A stretch of DNA of 64,000 nucleotides from Trypanosoma brucei (lineage: Eukaryota). The notes below the pieces were generated by a model. The model saw only the letters and a program-made list of their open reading frames with translations. It did not search any database and had not been told where the DNA came from. Shown piece by piece: positions 60,628 through 64,000 of the stretch (position 1 is the first letter of the stretch; every line of letters starts with the position of its first letter). The stretch is taken from the NCBI GenBank assembly GCA_000002445.1, contig AL929603.2, forward strand, positions 1,000,673-1,064,672. The letters are read 5' to 3'. Made by a program: the position numbers and the translations under genes.

Positions 60628-60690
60628 AGGATTAGGATTAGGATTAGGCTTAGGATTAGGATTAGGATTTTGGTTACTCGGTTAGGGTTA
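60628..60690 (+). repeat. Variant telomere-like hexamers, (TTAGGA)~6 with one TTAGGC, degrading into ..ggttactcggttagggttaa.
   Basis: Direct read: aggattaggattaggattaggcttaggattaggattaggattttggttactcggttagggttaa. Confidence 0.85.
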
Positions 60691-60899
60691 ATTTTTTCCT
60701 CTTTTTTTTAAGTCATTTTTTAGTCATTTAGTGATGCAAGGGCTCTTTTCTTATATTTTGCGGCGGCGCTGGCAATGCGGTTTTTAAGTCTTTTTTTATT
60801 AACGACAGGTTGCTGATTTCTTAATTCACTTTCTTAATTCATTTTTTTTAATTTTCGGTTTGTCGCGGGTTTGTGGTTATTTATTTTAAATTTTCTTTA

Positions 60900-63436
60900 A
60901 CCATGCAGCGGCTGTTTTATTATGCGAACCCTAACCCTCCTCGCCCCCCGCGCCCGCACGCCCTCCGCGGGGACTCCAGTCTTTATTCACGATTTATTAT
61001 TTTTTTTTAGCGCAAGCACCTCCACTTTTTTTGTCGCCCTGACACTTAATTTTCATTTTTCATTTCGAATTTTTTTCACTTGTTTATTTAAATTGTTAAT
61101 TTTTCTTTAACCATGCACCAGCTGTTTTATTATGCGAACCCTAACCCTCCTCCCCCAACGCACGCACCCCGCGCCACACCTCCAGTTTTTTTAATTTTTA
61201 ACATCGGTTTTCGCGTTTAGTTCTTTTTAAATCTTGTCTTTTTTGTTTTGAATTTGAATTTTAATTTTTTTGTATTTTAATTTTCCGAAGTTTTGATTTT
61301 AATTTTTTTACAACCACAACTGCGAACTTTTTTTTGTCTTCTTGGTTTTTCGAATTTTTTTTTGACACCGCCTTTTTTTTGTTTTCAATCTTTTTAGTTT
61401 TTTTTCAGTTATTTTCTTTAATCCTTTTTTTTATTTTTCGAATTGTTTTTCGGTTTTTTGCGCGGTTTGTGGTTAGTTTTTTTAATTAGTGATGCAGCTG
61501 CAATTTTATTATGCGGACCCTAACCCTCCTCCCCCCCCGCCCCACGCGCCCCCCGCGCACGCAGCTCCAGTTTTTTTTCATGATTTATTATTTTTTTTAG
61601 CCATTCACGGCTCATTTTTTTTTCGCTCTGACGTTCAATTTTTTTTTTGTTTTTTTTAATTTTTTAAAAAAGTGATGCCGCGGCTCGATTTTACATTTAT
61701 TTTTTTGTATTTTAATTTTTTCGAATTTTTCGGTTTGAATTTTTTTTCTTTAGCCGTGCAGCGGCTGTTTTATTATGCGAACCCTAACCCTCCTCTCCCC
61801 CCCGCCCCACGCGCCCCCCGCGCACGCAGCTCCAGTTTTTTTTTTAGAATTGTTTTTTCGTGATTCTTTTTTAGATATTTCCAATTTTGCAATGCACGAA
61901 TTTTTTTTTAGCGCGGCTTTCCACGGCACTTTTTTTAACCCTTTTTTTCACTCTTCATTTTTGTATTTCGTTTTTTTTCTATTTTCCGAGTTTTTGAATT
62001 TTTTTTAGGGCTAGGTTTTTTTAAAGGTTTTTAGATTTTTTCTTTAATCCCTTTTTTGTTTTCTTTCTTTTGCGCGGTTTTTTTTGCGTTCATTTTTGGC
62101 CTTTTTTCGAATTTTTTTGTTTTTATTTTTGACCCCCGCCGAAACTTTTCGTTTAATTTTTTATTTTTTAAAATTTTTAAAAATTTTTTGTTTTAGCGCT
62201 CAATTTTTTTTTACGACCATTTTTGTTCGAAGCACACAAAGCGGTGTTTCGGGTTAGCGGGTTCGGGTTAGGGTTAATTTTTTTCATTCCAGTTTTTTTA
62301 TTCCGCAACTCTGTCCTGCGTTGTTCTGATTTTTTATTAATACTGCGGCGGCAGTTTTATCTTGCGGTGGCGTTTAATTTATTTTTTTGTGTGTTATTTA
62401 AATTTTTTTTTAAATGATGCAGCTGCAATTTTATTATGCGGACCCTAACCCTCCTCCCCCGCCCCCCGCCCGCGACCCACGAGAAGCTTTTTTTAAATTT
62501 TTAATTTTAATCCTTTTTTTTGTATTTTGATTTTTTCGAATTTTTCGGTTTGGTTTTTTTTTGCACCACTTTTCAATTTTTTAATTTTTTTAAAAGTGAT
62601 GCAGCGGCTCTTTTATTATGCGGAGCCTAACCCTCCTCCCCCCCGCACGCGCCCCCCGCAAACGCACCTCTTTTTTTTTAAATTTTTTTTAGCGCGTCCT
62701 TCAACCACAATTTTTAACCTTTTTTTTATTTTCCGACTTTTTAAATTTTATTTTTTTTGTTTTTTGAGTTTTTCGAATTTTTCAGTTTGTGGTTAGTTTT
62801 TTTAATTAGTGATGCAGCTGCAATTTTATTATGCGGACCCTAACCCTCCTCCCCCCCCGCACACGCACCCCCCGCGCAACCACCTCCAGTTTTTTAAATT
62901 TTAAATTGTTTTTTTTGTTTTGAATTTGAATTTTTTAATTTTTTAAAATTTTTTTTTAATTCAATTTTTAAATTTTTAATGACGATGCAGCGGCTATTTT
63001 GTTATGCAAACCCTAACCCTCCTCCCCCCCCCGCGCACGCCCTCGCACGCGCACCTGTTTTTTTTAAATTTTTTGGTTTTTTTTTCGCGGTTTGATTTTT
63101 TTTTTGTATTCTTGACTTTTTCGAATTTTTTTGACCTCAATGTTTTTAGATTTTCAGATTTTTCGAATTTTCTATTTTTAAACTTTCCGTTTTTTTTGGT
63201 TTTAATATTTAAATTTTTGATTCTTTTTTTTTATTTTTGCGAGATTTTAATTTTTTTTATATTTTTGAGTTTTTGTTTTTTTTTAACGAGCGCCAGCAGT
63301 TTATTTATATGTTTTTTTTTATTTTTGATCCCCGCCGAATCGTTTCGTTCAATTTTTTATTTTTTATTTTTTTAAATATTTTAAAATTTTTTGTTTTAGC
63401 GCTCAACTTTTTTTTTTTGCGGCCATTTTTGTTCAA
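60900..63436 (+). repeat. T-rich subtelomeric higher-order repeat with eight copies of a ~60-bp core carrying an inverted telomere hexamer pair.
   Basis: The core is GTGATGCAGC(G/T)GCnnTTTTATTATGCG(G/A)ACCCTAACCCTCCTCCCCCC..CGCxCACGCAxCTCCAGTTTTTT. Copies lie near 60905, 61115, 61490, 61755, 62415, 62600, 62810 and 62990. An interstitial seed ..gggttagcgggttcgggttagggttaa sits at 62248-62290. The segment 62130-62290 is duplicated at 63320-63480. Confidence 0.85.
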
Positions 63437-64000
63437 AACGGAACCCGCTGTGTGACGGGTTCGGGTGTTTCGGGTTAGCGGGTTCGGGTTCGGGTGTTTC
63501 GGGTTAGCGGGTTCGGGTTAGGGTTAGGGTTAGGGTTAGGGTTAGGGTTAGGGTTAGGGTTAGGGTTAGGGTTAGGGTTAGGGTTAGGGTTAGGGTTAGG
63601 GTTAGGGTTAGGGTTAGGGTTAGGGTTAGGGTTAGGGTTAGGGTTAGGGTTAGGGTTAGGGTTAGGGTTAGGGTTAGGGTTAGGGTTAGGGTTAGGGTTA
63701 GGGTTAGGGTTAGGGTTAGGGTTAGGGTTAGGGTTAGGGTTAGGGTTAGGGTTAGGGTTAGGGTTAGGGTTAGGGTTAGGGTTAGGGTTAGGGTTAGGGT
63801 TAGGGTTAGGGTTAGGGTTAGGGTTAGGGTTAGGGTTAGGGTTAGGGTTAGGGTTAGGGTTAGGGTTAGGGTTAGGGTTAGGGTTAGGGTTAGGGTTAGG
63901 GTTAGGGTTAGGGTTAGGGTTAGGGTTAGGGTTAGGGTTAGGGTTAGGGTTAGGGTTAGGGTTAGGGTTAGGGTTAGGGTTAGGGTTAGGGTTAGGGTTA
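63437..64000 (+). repeat. Telomere: a degenerate transition (gggttc / gggtgtttc / gggttagc) into about 85 perfect GGGTTA (= TTAGGG) hexamers running off the window end.
   Basis: Direct read. The G-rich strand runs 5' to 3' toward the window end, as expected for a right chromosome terminus. Confidence 0.97.

Noticed and set aside
59724-60685. ORFs with repeated CECVYTN or YTHSQHSP peptides, and ORFs containing X runs.
   Set aside because: They are translations of the tandem 70-bp repeats and of the N gap.
60922-63455. Several 60-125 aa Phe/Leu-rich ORFs in the T-rich subtelomeric repeat region.
   Set aside because: Low-complexity translation of T-runs. They have no start context and no conservation between repeat copies at the protein level.
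60628-63518. Regularly spaced short repeats separated by unique-length spacers, considered as a CRISPR-like array.
   Set aside because: The context is a eukaryotic telomere. The spacers are T-rich low complexity of variable length. The repeats contain telomeric hexamers. It is not a CRISPR array.

Overview
Read as eukaryotic DNA, this window looks like a chromosome end from a Trypanosoma brucei-group genome (T. brucei, T. evansi or T. equiperdum). That call is inferred from sequence patterns alone; nothing could be searched against a database. The evidence is as follows. The + strand ends in perfect (TTAGGG)n. Typical 70-bp repeats with TAA/TGA triplet runs and GAGAGTGTTGTGAGTGTGTATATACGAATATTATAATAAGAGCAGTAATAAT cores are present. 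Two ORFs have classical VSG C-termini (..CxxKxxCxxxxxCxWxxxxC.., NTTGSNSFVIKKAPLWLAF..). A degenerate ingi-type non-LTR retrotransposon carries endonuclease, reverse transcriptase with an FADD box, RNase H and C2H2 fingers. An ESAG8-like leucine-rich-repeat protein (LRRP) is present. The layout runs left to right. 1-3.6 kb is gene-poor. 3.6-40.1 kb is a block of + strand genes transcribed toward the telomere. This block holds a tail-anchored acidic protein, an LRRP, and a segmentally duplicated cassette. The cassette genes have VSG-like N-termini and non-canonical GPI-like tails, or belong to a secreted ~325-aa paralog family, or encode small signal-peptide proteins. 40.5-47.3 kb is a degenerate ingi element plus a second possible 5' fragment. 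47.3-58.7 kb is a minus-strand VSG array, transcribed away from the telomere. It has two full-length VSGs and one frameshifted VSG pseudogene. Each is followed by a 3'UTR 16-mer-like element and a single 70-bp repeat. The array is bracketed by two copies of the same ESAG3-like pseudogene. 58.7-59.4 kb is an AT-rich divergent strand switch. 59.4-60.5 kb is a (TAA)~78 tract followed by ~11 tandem 70-bp repeats pointing toward the telomere, with no VSG behind them. 60528-60627 is an assembly gap of 100 N. 60.6-63.5 kb is an unusual T-rich higher-order subtelomeric repeat. It has TTAGGA variant hexamers, three telomere-seed junctions, and eight ~60-bp cores that each carry an inverted CCCTAACCCT. 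63.49-64.0 kb is perfect (TTAGGG)n at the window edge. No rRNA, tRNA or CRISPR features are supported.
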